From Fonticula alba ATCC 38817 (taxonomy: Eukaryota > Protista > Nucleariida): DNA of 34,746 bases. A program made the position numbers and the translations under genes. How positions within the stretch are numbered: position 1 is the stretch's first letter; the number at the start of each line of letters is the position of its first letter. Where the stretch lies: NCBI GenBank assembly GCA_000388065.2, contig KB932205.1; one strand, 5' to 3'. The notes beneath the pieces are model-generated. The model was not told the DNA's origin and did no database searches. It saw only the letters and a program-made list of their open reading frames with translations. Positions 1-11,825 of the stretch are shown piece after piece.

Positions 1-909
1 CCCCCCCCCCCCCCCCCCCCCGGCCAAGCGGGTTCCCCTATTTCTCGTTGTGTCCCGTTACTCTTGCCCTGGCCCGAGAGAGCCGCGCGCGTAGTGGCTG
101 GCACCCCGCCCGAGGTCGATCGGACTCTCCTCCTATCATCTCGCCCGGGCAGGTCGGCGGTGTGTGTGCGCGCGCGCGCGCGCCCTCGCAGGCCGACCCG
201 AGTCGTTTCCCAGGCCGAGGGAAGGCGCCCGAACCGCCCCCCCGGCTGTAAGGGCGAGATCTGCTCTGCCCCCGGTTGGAATAGTGTGCGGTGGCCGCCC
301 GGCCCGGCCCGGCCCGGCCCGCCCGGCCCCCCCCCCCCCCCCCCGGCCCCGCTGACGGAAACGAGGGGCCCAGGGCGGGGAGCAAATGGCCTGCTGCGCC
401 CGCCCCTGGAGAGGCCTCGCAGCGTTGAACCCAGCCCCGAGGACGAGGCCCTTTCACGCCCAGACCCATACGCCCAGGCAGCACCGGCGGACAGGCGGGC
501 GAGTGGGCGGGCGGGCGGACGGGCGGACGGACGGGCGGGCGGGCGGACTCGGTCCAAGCGCCCCCCGGTGAGGTCTCACCCTTGCCTTTTTCCCCAGCTC
601 TGCCGACCGGCCCCTCAGCCCCCTCGGCCTCCCCCACGCCTCCTCCGGCCCTATGCGGCCCCCCGGCCGTGCGCGCGCGCGCGCGCGCCGGCACGTACGC
701 CCAGGCGCACGGCCCCGATCACGGCTATTTCGCCGCCCCTGCTCTCCGGGATCCCTCTGTGGGTTGCTGCAACAAGGCCCCAGATCCCTCCCCCACCCTT
801 TGCCTCCTCCTCTGCCCCTTCCCCCCCCCCCTCCCCATCTGCCCCTTCGCGTCGGCTGCCGTCCCGAGAACGCTGGCTCTGGCTTCTTGCGCCTGCTCTC
901 GCTCCAGGT

Positions 910-1053
910 CCACCACCACCACCACCACCGTCGCCGCCGCCGCCGCCGCCGCCGTCGCCGCCGCCGTCGCCGCTCCCGTCGCCGCCACCGCCGCCGCCAC
1001 CGCCGCTGCCGCCGCCATTGCTGCTGCCGCCGCCGGTGCCGCCGGTGCCGCTG
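910..1053 (+). repeat. Imperfect (CAC)n then (GCC)n trinucleotide tract in the presumed kinase 5' leader
   Basis: Seen directly: caccaccacc... followed by gccgccgcc... with interruptions. Confidence 0.9.
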
Positions 1054-1277
1054 CCTCTCCGGGGACCTCCCGTGGGCCTGCTCGCCAGCCGATCTCAATT
1101 CCCTTCTCTCCCGTGTCCCTTTGACCACGGCCATCGCCAAACAGCAAGCCTCCCGTGCCCGAGTCACACGACGCCACAGATCCTCCCCCCTCTCCCTCTC
1201 CCTCCCCTCCCTCCCCTCCCTCCTACCCGCTTCCTCTGTTTCCCCGCGCAGACACGCTCTTCGCCGGTGTTGCTACC

Positions 1278-4200
1278 ATGGTCCGAGCTGGCTCGAAGGC
1301 CACCAAGAAGAAGGTACCCCCCTCCCCTCGCCCCCTCTCGCCGCGCTCGCCGCGCTCGCCGCGCTCACCCGCTCCATCGCGCTGTTGCTAACTCTTCCAG
1401 CAGTCTTTCGCTGATCATGTTTTTCAATTGATATGTGAGGATGAGCCATCCTGCGTTGGAAACTACTCCCTGCGCGAGGTGATCGGCAAAGGTACCTCCC
1501 ACGGCCGGTCGGCTGTTCTCGATGCTCCCCCTTTTGCCCGGCTCCCCCCCCCCCCCCCCCCCCCCCCNNNNNNNNNNNNNNNNNNNNNNNNNNNNNNNNN
1601 NNNNNNNNNNNNNNNNNNNNNNNNNNNNNNNNNNNNNNNNNNNNNNNNNNNNNNNNNNNNNNNNNNNNNNNNNNNNNNNNNNNNNNNNNNNNNNNNNNNN
1701 NNNNNNNNNNNNNNNNNNNNNNNNNNNNNNNNNNNNNNNNNNNNNNNNNNNNNNNNNNNNNNNNNNNNNNNNNNNNNNNNNNNNNNNNNNNNNNNNNNNN
1801 NNCCCCCCCCCCCCCCCCGCTCCCGCAGTCATACTCACCTCTTCGCCATGCAGGCTCCTATGGCCTCGTCCGTCGGGCGGTCCACCAGCTCACCGGCCAC
1901 AGTGTCGCGGTCAAGGTGCTAGATAAGACGCATGGCCGGCTGCTGGAGCAGGAGATCGCCGTGTGGCGGTCCCTGCGGCATCCGCACGTGGTCCAGCTCC
2001 TGGAGGTTCTGTCCAGTGAGAAGCGCATCTACCTGGTCATGGAGCATGTCCCGGCCGGGGAGCTCTTCGATTACCTTGTGGTCCGGGGCCGGTTGCACGA
2101 GTGCGAGGCCCGGTACCTGTTTGCGCAGCTGGTGTCCGCCGTGGCGCATTGCCACCATCGAGGCGTGGTGCATCGGGACTTGAAGCCGGAAAACCTGCTC
2201 CTGGACGAGCATAACGATCTGAAGCTGGTGGACTTCGGCTTCACCAAGGTTGTCGAGCCAGGCCAGCTGCTGGACACCTACTGCGGCAGCATTGCCTACG
2301 TAGCCCCGGGTGCGTGTCCGGGCGTGCACCCCCCCCCCCCACACACACATGCACATGCACGCACATATTGCATGCACTTGCCCCACCACAGCCCGATGCT
2401 AATGCCCTCCCCCGCCCCCGACAAATTACACAGAGGTCGTCGCTCGGGAGAAGTATTGCGGCCAGTATGCGGATGTCTGGTCTCTGGGGGTCATCCTGTT
2501 TGCGGCGCTCCATGGGCGCCTGCCCTTCAGCGACTACTACACAACCGAGGCCATGATTCGGGACCGCATCGCGCGGGTGGACTTCACCTTCGACGCGGAC
2601 ACGGCCACGGCCGCAGCAGCCGCCGAGGCAGCGACCATCGCCGGCCGGCCGGGGCCAACCCCGCCCGGCCAAAGCCCCCCCCCGTCGGACACCGTGGCCG
2701 AGACAATCGACCAGCCCCCGGCCCTGTCCTCGCAGTCGCCATCACAAACGCACCCGCCCCCTGCCAAGCCCTATACCCAGTATCCGAGCCATCCGCCGCC
2801 GGTGTCGCGCCTGGCCCAGGACCTGATCCAGCGGATCCTGGTGCGGAACCCGGCCCAGCGCCTCTCCCTGCGGGACATCCTCGAGCATCCCTGGCTGTCA
2901 CTGGAGCGCCGCCGCCCGGGGAACTTCACCGACACCCCGTGCTCCTGCTTCACCGGGTCCTGCGACACCATGCGAGCCGGGCCGGCGGGGGGGCCGGCAC
3001 CTGTGCCCGGGGTCCCGGGGGCGCCCGGGCCCCCGGGTGGCGAGGATTGCCACCGGCCAGACGTGGTGGCGGCCGGCTTCAGCCCCGTCATGTCGGCGGA
3101 ATTTGGTGGCCCCGCCAGCACCAGCCCCACGGCCACCGAGTCGCCCGCCCAGCGGGACCCGATCACCATCACCACCGGCGGCCAGCCATCGCCGCCGCTC
3201 GGCTCCGAGTCTTGCCTGGCGTCGGAATCCGAGCCCGAGCCCGAGAGCCCGGTGTCCCCCTCGACCGGTGGTGGCGGTGGTGGTGGTGGTGGCGGCGGCG
3301 GCGGCGGCGGCGACGGCGGCCCGGTGCCTGGGGGCGGCTGTCCGGCGGGGGCCGACCCTGCCATCGCCTCCCCGGGGCATGTCCCCGGGTCGGGCTCGCG
3401 ACCGCCGCTGGTCAGCTTCGATCTGATTCGCATGCCGCTGGCGGATGCCGACTTCCTGTCGCTCATCACCTCGCCGATAGACAGCATGTTCCGGGCGGAG
3501 CCGGGGCCGGCCGAAGTGCGCCCGGGAGCCGCGCTCCCGCCCATCCCGCTTCCCGGTGCTTCGCCGGTCACGCCGGCCGCCACACCGCCGGCCACGACCC
3601 CCGGGCAGCTGGAGTCCCCGCCGCCGGCGTCCCCGGCCTTTGCCGGGGCAAATGCCGCCCCGGCCGAAGCCCGGCCGGCAGCCGGTGGCCCGGCCCCGTC
3701 CTTGCCTCTCGGTTCGCCGGTTGGGACTTTCTTTTCGGAGCTGGCGGCCGCGGCGGCGGCCGGCAGCGGCGCCCACCCGGGCAGCAGCTCCTCCCCCTCC
3801 GGCGGAGGGTCCGACTGCCCGCAGGCGCTTCTGGAGCAGCTGCCGGAATTGGAGCGCGGCCTGCTGCTGTCGCTCAGTCAGCTGCTAAACTTCCAAACCC
3901 AGGCCCTGGTGAAGTCCATCCGCGCGCACGAGTGCACCCCCCTGACGGCCCTCTTCTTCCTCCTGCGTGCTGGGCACCTTGAACGGGCGGCGGCTGTGGC
4001 CATGGCAGCGGCTCCGCCACCGGCGGGGCGCTTGCTCCCGCCCGGGGTCCCGGCAGGGGCGGCCGCCCCGCCGATGGCCGCCACCGGCCAGGCGCCCGGC
4101 CTGGTCATGGGTCTGGGGCCCGGCTCGAGGCAGCCCTCTGAGGGGCCCGGCCAGCGCCTGGTGCCTCCTTTCCCCTCCTCTCCGGGGGTGCCCCTGGTGG

Positions 4201-4320
4201 CGGACAGCAACCTGCCGGGCTGTGCCATGCCAGCCAGTGGCTTGGCCCACGCCGGGAGCATGCCATCCCCCCGGTCACCGGTCAGTGGTGGGTCAAGCCC
4301 CGGGGCAACGGGCAGCCCGA

Positions 4321-4362
<42 letters not shown>

Positions 4363-5783
4363 GGGGCCTGGCCGGCGCCACCCCCGGGGCCCTGCTCATG
4401 CCGGCGCCGCAGCCGCAGTCGCAGTCGCAACCACAGCCGTCGCAGCCGGTCGGCCCATCGGGCATGGCAACCGGGGGGCGACGCTTCTCCAACAGTAGCC
4501 GGCCGCGCTTCGGGCCGGCTGGGCCAGCCGGCCCGACTGCCGGGCCAGCTCCCCCGGGGCCGGTTCTACTTGGCCCAAGTGGCACAGGGGCTCCCCCGGT
4601 TGGCCCGAGCGCATTGCTCAGCGTGTCGCCCCTGCCCCCGGTGTCGCCCTTGCCGGCGACCGGCAATGTGAACGCCACGGCGACCGGCCCGGGGTCCGGT
4701 CTGTCTCCACTGCCCGCAGGGGTGGGCAACTTGCTTGGTGGCTGGCCGGCGCCACATCCCGGCATGCCGCCGATGATGCCGCGCCGGCGCCGGAGTCTGC
4801 CGGTGCATTTGGAACGCTCGGCGCCGGCCTACGGACCCGGGGGCTTCGGGCCCGCGAGCCTGACAGGAGTAGTGCCGGGTGGCTCTGGTCCGGGTGCCGG
4901 CGCACCGGGTGGCCCTGGTGGCGGCGGCAGCGGCGGCGGCGGCGGCAACGGCGGCGGCGGCGGCAGCAGCGGCGGCAGCGGCAGTGGCAGCGGCGGCGGC
5001 GGTGGTGGTGGCTCCCAAATGGCCGGCCCGCCTAATGCCTTCTTCACTTCCGGCTATAGTTCCATCCTCGGGGGGTCCTTCACGTCATTGAACGGGGCAT
5101 CTGGTGCCGGGGGCCCGGGCGGCGGCGTGGTCGGGCCCGGAGGCGGTCCTGCCGGGGCCATGCGCCGGTCACCCAGCCCGATGTCCATGTCCCTGGTTGG
5201 TCCTGGAGGTCTGACTGCTGTGGGCCCGGCAGCCCCCTCGCCCGGGGGTGGGGTCGGCGGCGGGCCGCTGATCGATGCCTCGGGCGGTGCTGGCGGCGGG
5301 CCCGGTGGCCTGCTTTCCGCTTCGTTGTCCCTCTCGCGATTGGAGTCCCTCTCGGAGGAGGATTCCTGCCCGGGCTCCGGGGTGAGCAGCGCCGGCGGCA
5401 CGACCCCGGTGGCTGGGGCCGGGCTGGCTGGCACATCGCGCGGGTCCAGCCGCGGCAGTGGCATGCCCTTTGCCGCGAATGCCCTGGCGGCCTCCCCGGG
5501 CCTCGGGGGCGGGGAGTCTTTCGTCGGGTTACGGCGTTTCTCGGTGCCGACGGCCACGGCGGCCGCCGCGGCTGTCGGCCACTACTCCCGCGCCGCGGCC
5601 GGAACCATTTCCGTTCAAGTGGCCGGCTATGGCCCGGGAGTGGATGGCGCCCTCGCCGGGGTCCCGGGAACTGGCGGCATCGCCATTCCACCCTCCCCAG
5701 CGGCTGGGCGACACTATGTCCCGACGCCGGTGGCCTCGATCCCGGAAGACGCCGGTTCCGGCAGCACCTCGCCATCGCAATAG
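1278..5783 (+). CDS. AMPK/SNF1/MARK-related (CAMKL) Ser/Thr kinase, about 1310 aa; exons 1278-1313, 1401-1491, 1854-2309, 2434-5783
   Basis: The spliced translation restores all catalytic motifs: VIGKG|SYG across intron 2, VAVK, HRDLKPEN, DFG, TYCGSIAYVAP|E across intron 3, DVWSLGVIL and RLSLRDILEHPW. All introns are GT-AG and phase-compatible; total 3933 nt = 1311 codons. The start is accATGg. A UBA-like segment lies at about 3821-3963, followed by a long G/P/S/A-rich tail. Confidence 0.92.
1568..1802. other. Assembly gap inside kinase intron 2
   Basis: Run of N flanked by poly-C on both sides. Confidence 1.
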
Positions 5784-6516
5784 GCGGGAGGCGGCCGCAC
5801 CGTTGTCGCTGTTCCCCGGTTGCCTTCGCTCGCCATTTCCCCGAGCTCCGGCCTTTCCCCCTCCCTCTCCCCCTCCACTGCTGCACGTGCGTGCTCGTGG
5901 TACCCCCCCCCCCTCCCCCCCCTCGGACGCCGGTCGCCGAGGTGCGCGTCCTTGTCCTTCCCCCCCCCCATCCACTCTCGCCCCCTCCGTGGCAGTGAGG
6001 TCTTGCCGCCAGTTTTTGTGCAGAGGCCTGGCCCGGAGGCGGTGTGTGGGCTTCCCCTGGGTGTTTTCTATTGAGGAATTGCCCCCCCCGCGCACGCGCA
6101 CGCGCACGCGCACGCACGCCATTGCGAATATGCCTTCGGCGTGTCGTGTGTGTACATGCGTGTGTTTGCATACATGGATGTGTGCGAATGCGTGCCGCGC
6201 ATGTGGATGCGTCTTCCTCCAACCCCCTCCCTCCCCTCCCAGCCACCGCCCGATTTGCCGGTCCCTGGCCAGATGGCGACAGCGGGGACCTCCGCCCCCC
6301 TGTGCATCCCTGTCGCTCGTAGATGAGATGGTGTACAGCGCCGGAGATCGCCAAGGGGAAAGCAAGAGCTTCCTCTCCTTCTTGGATCTTCATCACCTCT
6401 CCGCCTGCCTCTCCTGGGCCTTCTTCCCTCCCCCTTTCTACCTCTCCACCCCCCCTCCGATGGCAGCACGCCGGCCCGTAACGCGTATCGGGGTGGTTCT
6501 CCCCCTCCCTCCATCC

Positions 6517-6547
<31 letters not shown>

Positions 6548-7246
6548 CATCCATATGTCCTCCTTTGCGAGCGAGGTGATCATCAGACACGTATCGTCGC
6601 TCTGTCTAGACACGTTCGACCACCGGCGCTGCCTCCCTCTTTTCCCTCTTCCCTTGCGCGGTGCATCGCACACAATGCACAATCCAGTATTCTCGATGCC
6701 ATTTTGCCTCCCCCCCCCCCCCCTGGGGCCAGTGCCAGGGCATACCCTCAGAGCCTCCCCCTCGGTGTGCCTTCACAAAGACACAGCCAGCGAAGATGAG
6801 GCACACCTGGACGGCACCTGTGGCATCTGTCGCCCATCTCTTGTGAGGCCAAATTGGCGCTGAGGGGGGACGGAGGGCGAGGTGGCTGCGCGAGGCGTGT
6901 CCCGCGCTTTCGGGCATACTCATCGGCTGGACTCAAGTCGTGAGACTGGGCGACACACGGCCAGCGTTGGTGGCGGCTTAATCAGGATCAGCTACACCCT
7001 CTTAACCGAACGAAGAAGGGGACCCCGACCGTGCATGCTCATGCGGGTTGACCCCGGTCCAGCCGGGCCGGAGGCCAGGGGCCGGCGCGCCTGGCCGTCC
7101 TGTTCTGACAGAGTAGCATGGAGCGGCTGAACCCTCGGAGCAGTGCTGCTGTTGTGTGTTCGTTCGGCCCCTTTTCCCGGGGGGCGGGGGACAAGCGCGG
7201 GCCCGGGGCCGGGGCCGGGGCCGGGGTCCGGGGGGGGGGGGGGGGG

Positions 7247-7450
7247 GGTCTTGCTGTCGCCGCAGACAGCGAGCCATGAGCCACATGGGCTGACTGAGGC
7301 TGGGGGCAAGAAAAGGAAAAGAGCCAGCCTCAACACGTCAGTCTACCCTCCTCATCCTCGGAAGGCCTGCCCCGGGGCTCGGCCCCCTTTGTTTGTCTCT
7401 CGTGCCCTCGTGCCCGCGTGCCCGCGCGCGTGCGGGCGTTTCCGGGCGCC

Positions 7451-7481
<31 letters not shown>

Positions 7482-7569
7482 CAGACCGCTCCACAGGGCG
7501 CGGCAGTTCACAGGCGTAATATACCGGAAGTTGCGGAAGGGATGCCAGCCGGACAGCGGGCTCTGATCG
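7247..7569 (-). CDS. Putative WD40-repeat exons (7569-7487 and 7299-about 7247) of a poorly resolved minus-strand gene
   Basis: Intron 7486-7300 has GT followed by poly-C, a CTGAC branch-like motif and a pyrimidine tract ending CAG. The joined peptide HPFRNFRYITPVNCRALWS|ASVSPCGSWLAVCGDSKT resembles a WD40 blade (xWSxxxSPxGxxLAxxGD). The continuation is lost at a G-run. Confidence 0.35.
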
Positions 7570-7965
7570 CTGGTGGCGCGGGGCATCCCCCCCTCCCCCC
7601 CCCGCGGGGGCAAGTGAGGGGCGGCCGTTTCTTCGGACAAGCGCACGGCATCGCTTGGTCTGACTCTGGCGCGCGCGCGGCCTCCGTGTGCACCGATTTT
7701 TTGTATTTACATTAGGAGTGGGTTGTTGCCTCGTGGAATGTCGAGGGGCCAGAAGACCCAGGGCCGGTGACTGACAGTGCCTTTCTTCCTGCGCTGGGCC
7801 CGACCAGCATGTACTTTTTTGTGGGTGCTCGGCCTCGCACGGGAGCTCAAGTACGTTTGCCTGGTGGCATCCCCCCCCCCCCCGTACACTGCTTGTGAGT
7901 AGGCAGGGGAGAAGCGGGCACGCGCGAGGGCGGGCAGCCACTTTTCGCATGTTGGTGCATAGATT

Positions 7966-8056
7966 TCCGTGCTTGTGCCTGTGCCCGTGCTTGTGCCGGT
8001 GTCTGTGAACGTGTTTATGCTGGTGTCTGTGAACGTGTTTATGCCGGTGTCTGTGA
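7966..8056. repeat. Minisatellite: 24-bp unit x about 2.5 (7995-8056), preceded by an 18-bp-period duplication
   Basis: gc(c/t)ggtgtctgtgaacgtgtttat at 7995 and 8019, with a partial third copy at 8043; ccgtgcttgtgcc occurs twice 18 nt apart just upstream. Confidence 0.9.
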
Positions 8057-8749
8057 GCGGGGAGAGTGGGGGCAGGGGGCGGGAGAATGTGGCCCCAGTT
8101 GCAAGACATTGGGAGCGCTGGAGCCGGGCTCGCCGCGCCGGTGGCAAGGATCAGTTGGCACCCTGTGGGGCGCGGTTTCGAGAAAACATCCCGCCCACCG
8201 GGGGCGGGGGCGGGGGGCGGGGGGCGGGGGGTGGGTTGTGAGTGGGCGAAAGGGATGCGCCTGTGGCCCCGGGCGGGTCCTGGTCCCGGGCCGGCCTTGT
8301 CGCGGCCTGACGGCCCGCCCCCGAGGCGCGGGCATGCACGGCGCTCGAGTGCAGGACCTTGCGAAGCGCCTGGCGCACTGCGCGCCTGAGACTGCTCTTC
8401 GGGGATGAATATGTGCCCCGGCTGGGGGGGGGGGGGGGGCCGCCGCTGTTATTATTGCAGAGCGCAGGGGTCTCTCCCTCTGTCTCTGTCCCTGTTTCTC
8501 GCTCTCTCGGGACGGCGACTTGGCGGGCCCTTGCAACGGGCGCAGTGATGGAATCCTCTTTTCGGCTGCCGTGTTTGTGCTCCCTTCCTGTTTCTTTGTG
8601 ACCCCCCCCCCCCCCCCCTCGCCCACTTACATCCTGGGCATGGGGACTCGGGGCGGCGGTGTCGTCAAGAACTGCCTGCTGCTCAGGCGCAGGGCGCGGC
8701 CGGCGCACCCACACATAAACGAAAAGATACGCCAAAGTGTTTCCCGCCC

Positions 8750-8854
8750 NNNNNNNNNNNNNNNNNNNNNNNNNNNNNNNNNNNNNNNNNNNNNNNNNNN
8801 NNNNNNNNNNNNNNNNNNNNNNNNNNNNNNNNNNNNNNNNNNNNNNNNNNNNNN
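8750..8854. other. Assembly gap
   Basis: Run of N followed by poly-G. Confidence 1.
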
Positions 8855-9435
8855 GGGGGGGGGGGGGGAGGGCGCATTGTTCATGGTAGCGGCCCTCCCG
8901 CCGGCCACGCATACCTTGCACTTGCTCGCGCCGCCTGGCGACTGGGGCTCGGCGAGCGGATCCTTGGTCGGGATCGGTGCGCCGCCCTCGTCCCCGCGTT
9001 CCACGCCCCCCCCTCCCGCCCTGATGCCCCGGGGTGAGATGGCCCCTGTCGCGCGGCTTCAGACCGTGCATGGGCCTGGCCCAACGGGGAAAGGGGCGTG
9101 CTCTTACGCGCGCGCGCGCGCGCGCGAGCGCGTGCCACGGCACGACACATTCGGAGCGGGGCGCGCCCCCTCCCCTCCGCATTAGTCTCCGGGGTGTCGG
9201 CGTATGCCATCGTTCCTCCCCGGAGCGCATCTCAGGGGCGAAGTCCGACCACCGGCCCCCGGTCCGGCCAACGTGCCAACCAGCCGGGACACGTTCAGTC
9301 AACCAGGCTGGCCGATGTATGCAGGCGCATGCGCCCGCAAGTGTGCGTGACTGTGGGGCCCCCCGCCACTCCGCCCTCGCCCCCCCTCCAGCACCATCTC
9401 CTCCCTGCGAGGATGGATGCTCTCAGCCAGCCAGA

Positions 9436-9466
<31 letters not shown>

Positions 9467-9500
9467 GTCACGCTCTGTTTCTCTCTCTCTCTTTCTCTCT

Positions 9501-9586
9501 ATCACTAAATAAAATACACATATAATATTGCAAAAATTAAAACAAACACCCCCGAGCAAACAATATAGAGTACAAATAAAACTAAA
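9501..9586. promoter_or_regulatory. AT-rich island with two AATAAA hexamers (9508-9513 and 9575-9580); possible promoter or 3'-end signal
   Basis: The most conspicuous AT-rich stretch in a GC-rich window, flanked by (CT)n. The function is inferred. Confidence 0.35.
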
Positions 9587-9600
9587 CCTCTCCCACACCC

Positions 9601-9631
<31 letters not shown>

Positions 9632-9640
9632 CTCTCATCC

Positions 9641-10521
9641 NNNNNNNNNNNNNNNNNNNNNNNNNNNNNNNNNNNNNNNNNNNNNNNNNNNNNNNNNNNN
9701 NNNNNNNNNNNNNNNNNNNNNNNNNNNNNNNNNNNNNNNNNNNNNNNNNNNNNNNNNNNNNNNNNNNNNNNNNNNNNNNNNNNNNNNNNNNNNNNNNNNN
9801 NNNNNNNNNNNNNNNNNNNNNNNNNNNNNNNNNNNNNNNNNNNNNNNNNNNNNNNNNNNNNNNNNNNNNNNNNNNNNNNNNNNNNNNNNNNNNNNNNNNN
9901 NNNNNNNNNNNNNNNNNNNNNNNNNNNNNNNNNNNNNNNNNNNNNNNNNNNNNNNNNNNNNNNNNNNNNNNNNNNNNNNNNNNNNNNNNNNNNNNNNNNN
10001 NNNNNNNNNNNNNNNNNNNNNNNNNNNNNNNNNNNNNNNNNNNNNNNNNNNNNNNNNNNNNNNNNNNNNNNNNNNNNNNNNNNNNNNNNNNNNNNNNNNN
10101 NNNNNNNNNNNNNNNNNNNNNNNNNNNNNNNNNNNNNNNNNNNNNNNNNNNNNNNNNNNNNNNNNNNNNNNNNNNNNNNNNNNNNNNNNNNNNNNNNNNN
10201 NNNNNNNNNNNNNNNNNNNNNNNNNNNNNNNNNNNNNNNNNNNNNNNNNNNNNNNNNNNNNNNNNNNNNNNNNNNNNNNNNNNNNNNNNNNNNNNNNNNN
10301 NNNNNNNNNNNNNNNNNNNNNNNNNNNNNNNNNNNNNNNNNNNNNNNNNNNNNNNNNNNNNNNNNNNNNNNNNNNNNNNNNNNNNNNNNNNNNNNNNNNN
10401 NNNNNNNNNNNNNNNNNNNNNNNNNNNNNNNNNNNNNNNNNNNNNNNNNNNNNNNNNNNNNNNNNNNNNNNNNNNNNNNNNNNNNNNNNNNNNNNNNNNN
10501 NNNNNNNNNNNNNNNNNNNNN
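9641..10521. other. Assembly gap, probably hiding the 5' exons of the F-BAR gene
   Basis: 881 N. Confidence 1.
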
Positions 10522-10662
10522 CCCGCCCCCTCCATTGATCATCCTGCATCACTCCCCCTGTTGACACAGGACTGACTCCCATCTGCCACCCCTCACCACC
10601 CTCCTCTCCCCCTTCCTCCTACTTCCTCGTCTGCCCGTCGGTCGGCTTCTTTTGCGTCACAG

Positions 10663-10791
10663 CGCCGCCATCGAGGAGCGCTATGCCAAGGAGCTTGAGC
10701 GCTTGGCCAAGTCCAACCTCGGCGAGGCCGAGGAGGGGTACGCCCTTTGCGCCGATGCTCCCCGAGCTGCCTCGGCTTGCGCTGACATTCT

Positions 10792-10825
<34 letters not shown>

Positions 10826-11825
10826 GCCTCCTCCGGGGCATGACAGCACCATGAAGACCGCTTGGAATCAGGTGAAGTTCGACGCGGAGAACACCGCACG
10901 CGCGCATGCCAAGCTGGCACTGGCTCTCAACAATGAGATCCTCGGTAGCGGCGATCCCGAGCCGGTGGTGGAGGCCAACCGTCTGTTGCGCGACTACGAG
11001 TCGGCCGTCGGCCGCGATCGCAAGCGCATTGCCGCCGCCGACCAGGAAGTGGAGAAGACTCGCAAGACCTACATCAGCCGCATGACCGACGCCGAGCGGG
11101 CTGGCCCCTCGTCTGGGGCCTCTTCCAGCCGGGCCAGCCTGTACGGGGCCCCGGTCAGCCAGTCGTCCGAGCGCAAGAAGGCCACCCTGGCGGCCAATGA
11201 ATACCGCCGGACGGTGGACGAAGCCAACGAGGCGCGCCGTGCCTGGGGCGACACCGTCAACCTCGCCAGTCTGGTGCGTCGGTGGCCGGTCCGGCCGGCC
11301 GTGCTGCCTGCGGATGTCCTCCCTTTCGCGGTGTCTCCTCTGCCTGCTGACTGACTCTGCTCCCGGCCTGTCATCTTGCCCTACCCCTCCCCTTCCCCCC
11401 TCTCACCCTCTTACTGCTGGCCTGTTAAAACACACGCACACACACACGCACACACACACACACACACACAGGAGTACCAAAACCTGGAAATCCGCCGGAT
11501 CAACTACCTGAAGCAGCTTCTCGACAGCTACCTGGACACGCTGCAGGCTTCGCGCCAGTCCCTGGAAGAGGTGCGTTCCTGCGTGCCCCCCCCCCCCCCC
11601 CCCCCCCCTGGTCATCCCCCTTTTCCGTCCTTGCTCGTCGATGATCGTGGTGCCGGCCCTCTAACATGAGACCCCCCTGGGCGGTCTTCCAATGGACAGT
11701 CTTCCTCGATGGTGCGCAACAGCATCCAGGCCGTTTCGACCGACGTGGACATCGAGATGTTCGTCAAGAGCCGGGGAACGGGTCCTCACCGCCCGAAGCC
11801 CGTGGAATTCCATCCCTTCAAGTGA
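10663..11825 (+). CDS. F-BAR/FCH-domain protein (Cdc15/Imp2/PSTPIP-like), 5'-partial; exons 10663-10737, 10847-11273, 11472-11570, 11700-11825
   Basis: Typical F-BAR helical motifs: AAIEERYAKELERLAK, G|TMKTAWNQVKFDAENTARAH, EYQNLEIRRINYLKQLLDSY and DVDIEMFVKSRGTG...P. Introns are GT-AG and phase-compatible. The 3' end is uncertain: TGA at 11823-11825, or a donor at 11822. Confidence 0.82.

Noticed and set aside
7995-8056. 24-bp repeats as a CRISPR array
   Set aside because: Head-to-tail units with no spacers, in a eukaryotic context with no cas genes.
6515-9640. Shared (CT)n+cctctcatcc at about 6515-6552 and 9605-9640 as repeat or transposon ends
   Set aside because: Only about 10 unique bases beyond the microsatellite; no target-site duplication or transposase; the second copy is at a contig end.
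9505-10582. Long ORFs crossing N-gaps (also 22967-24662)
   Set aside because: Artefacts of translating Ns as X.
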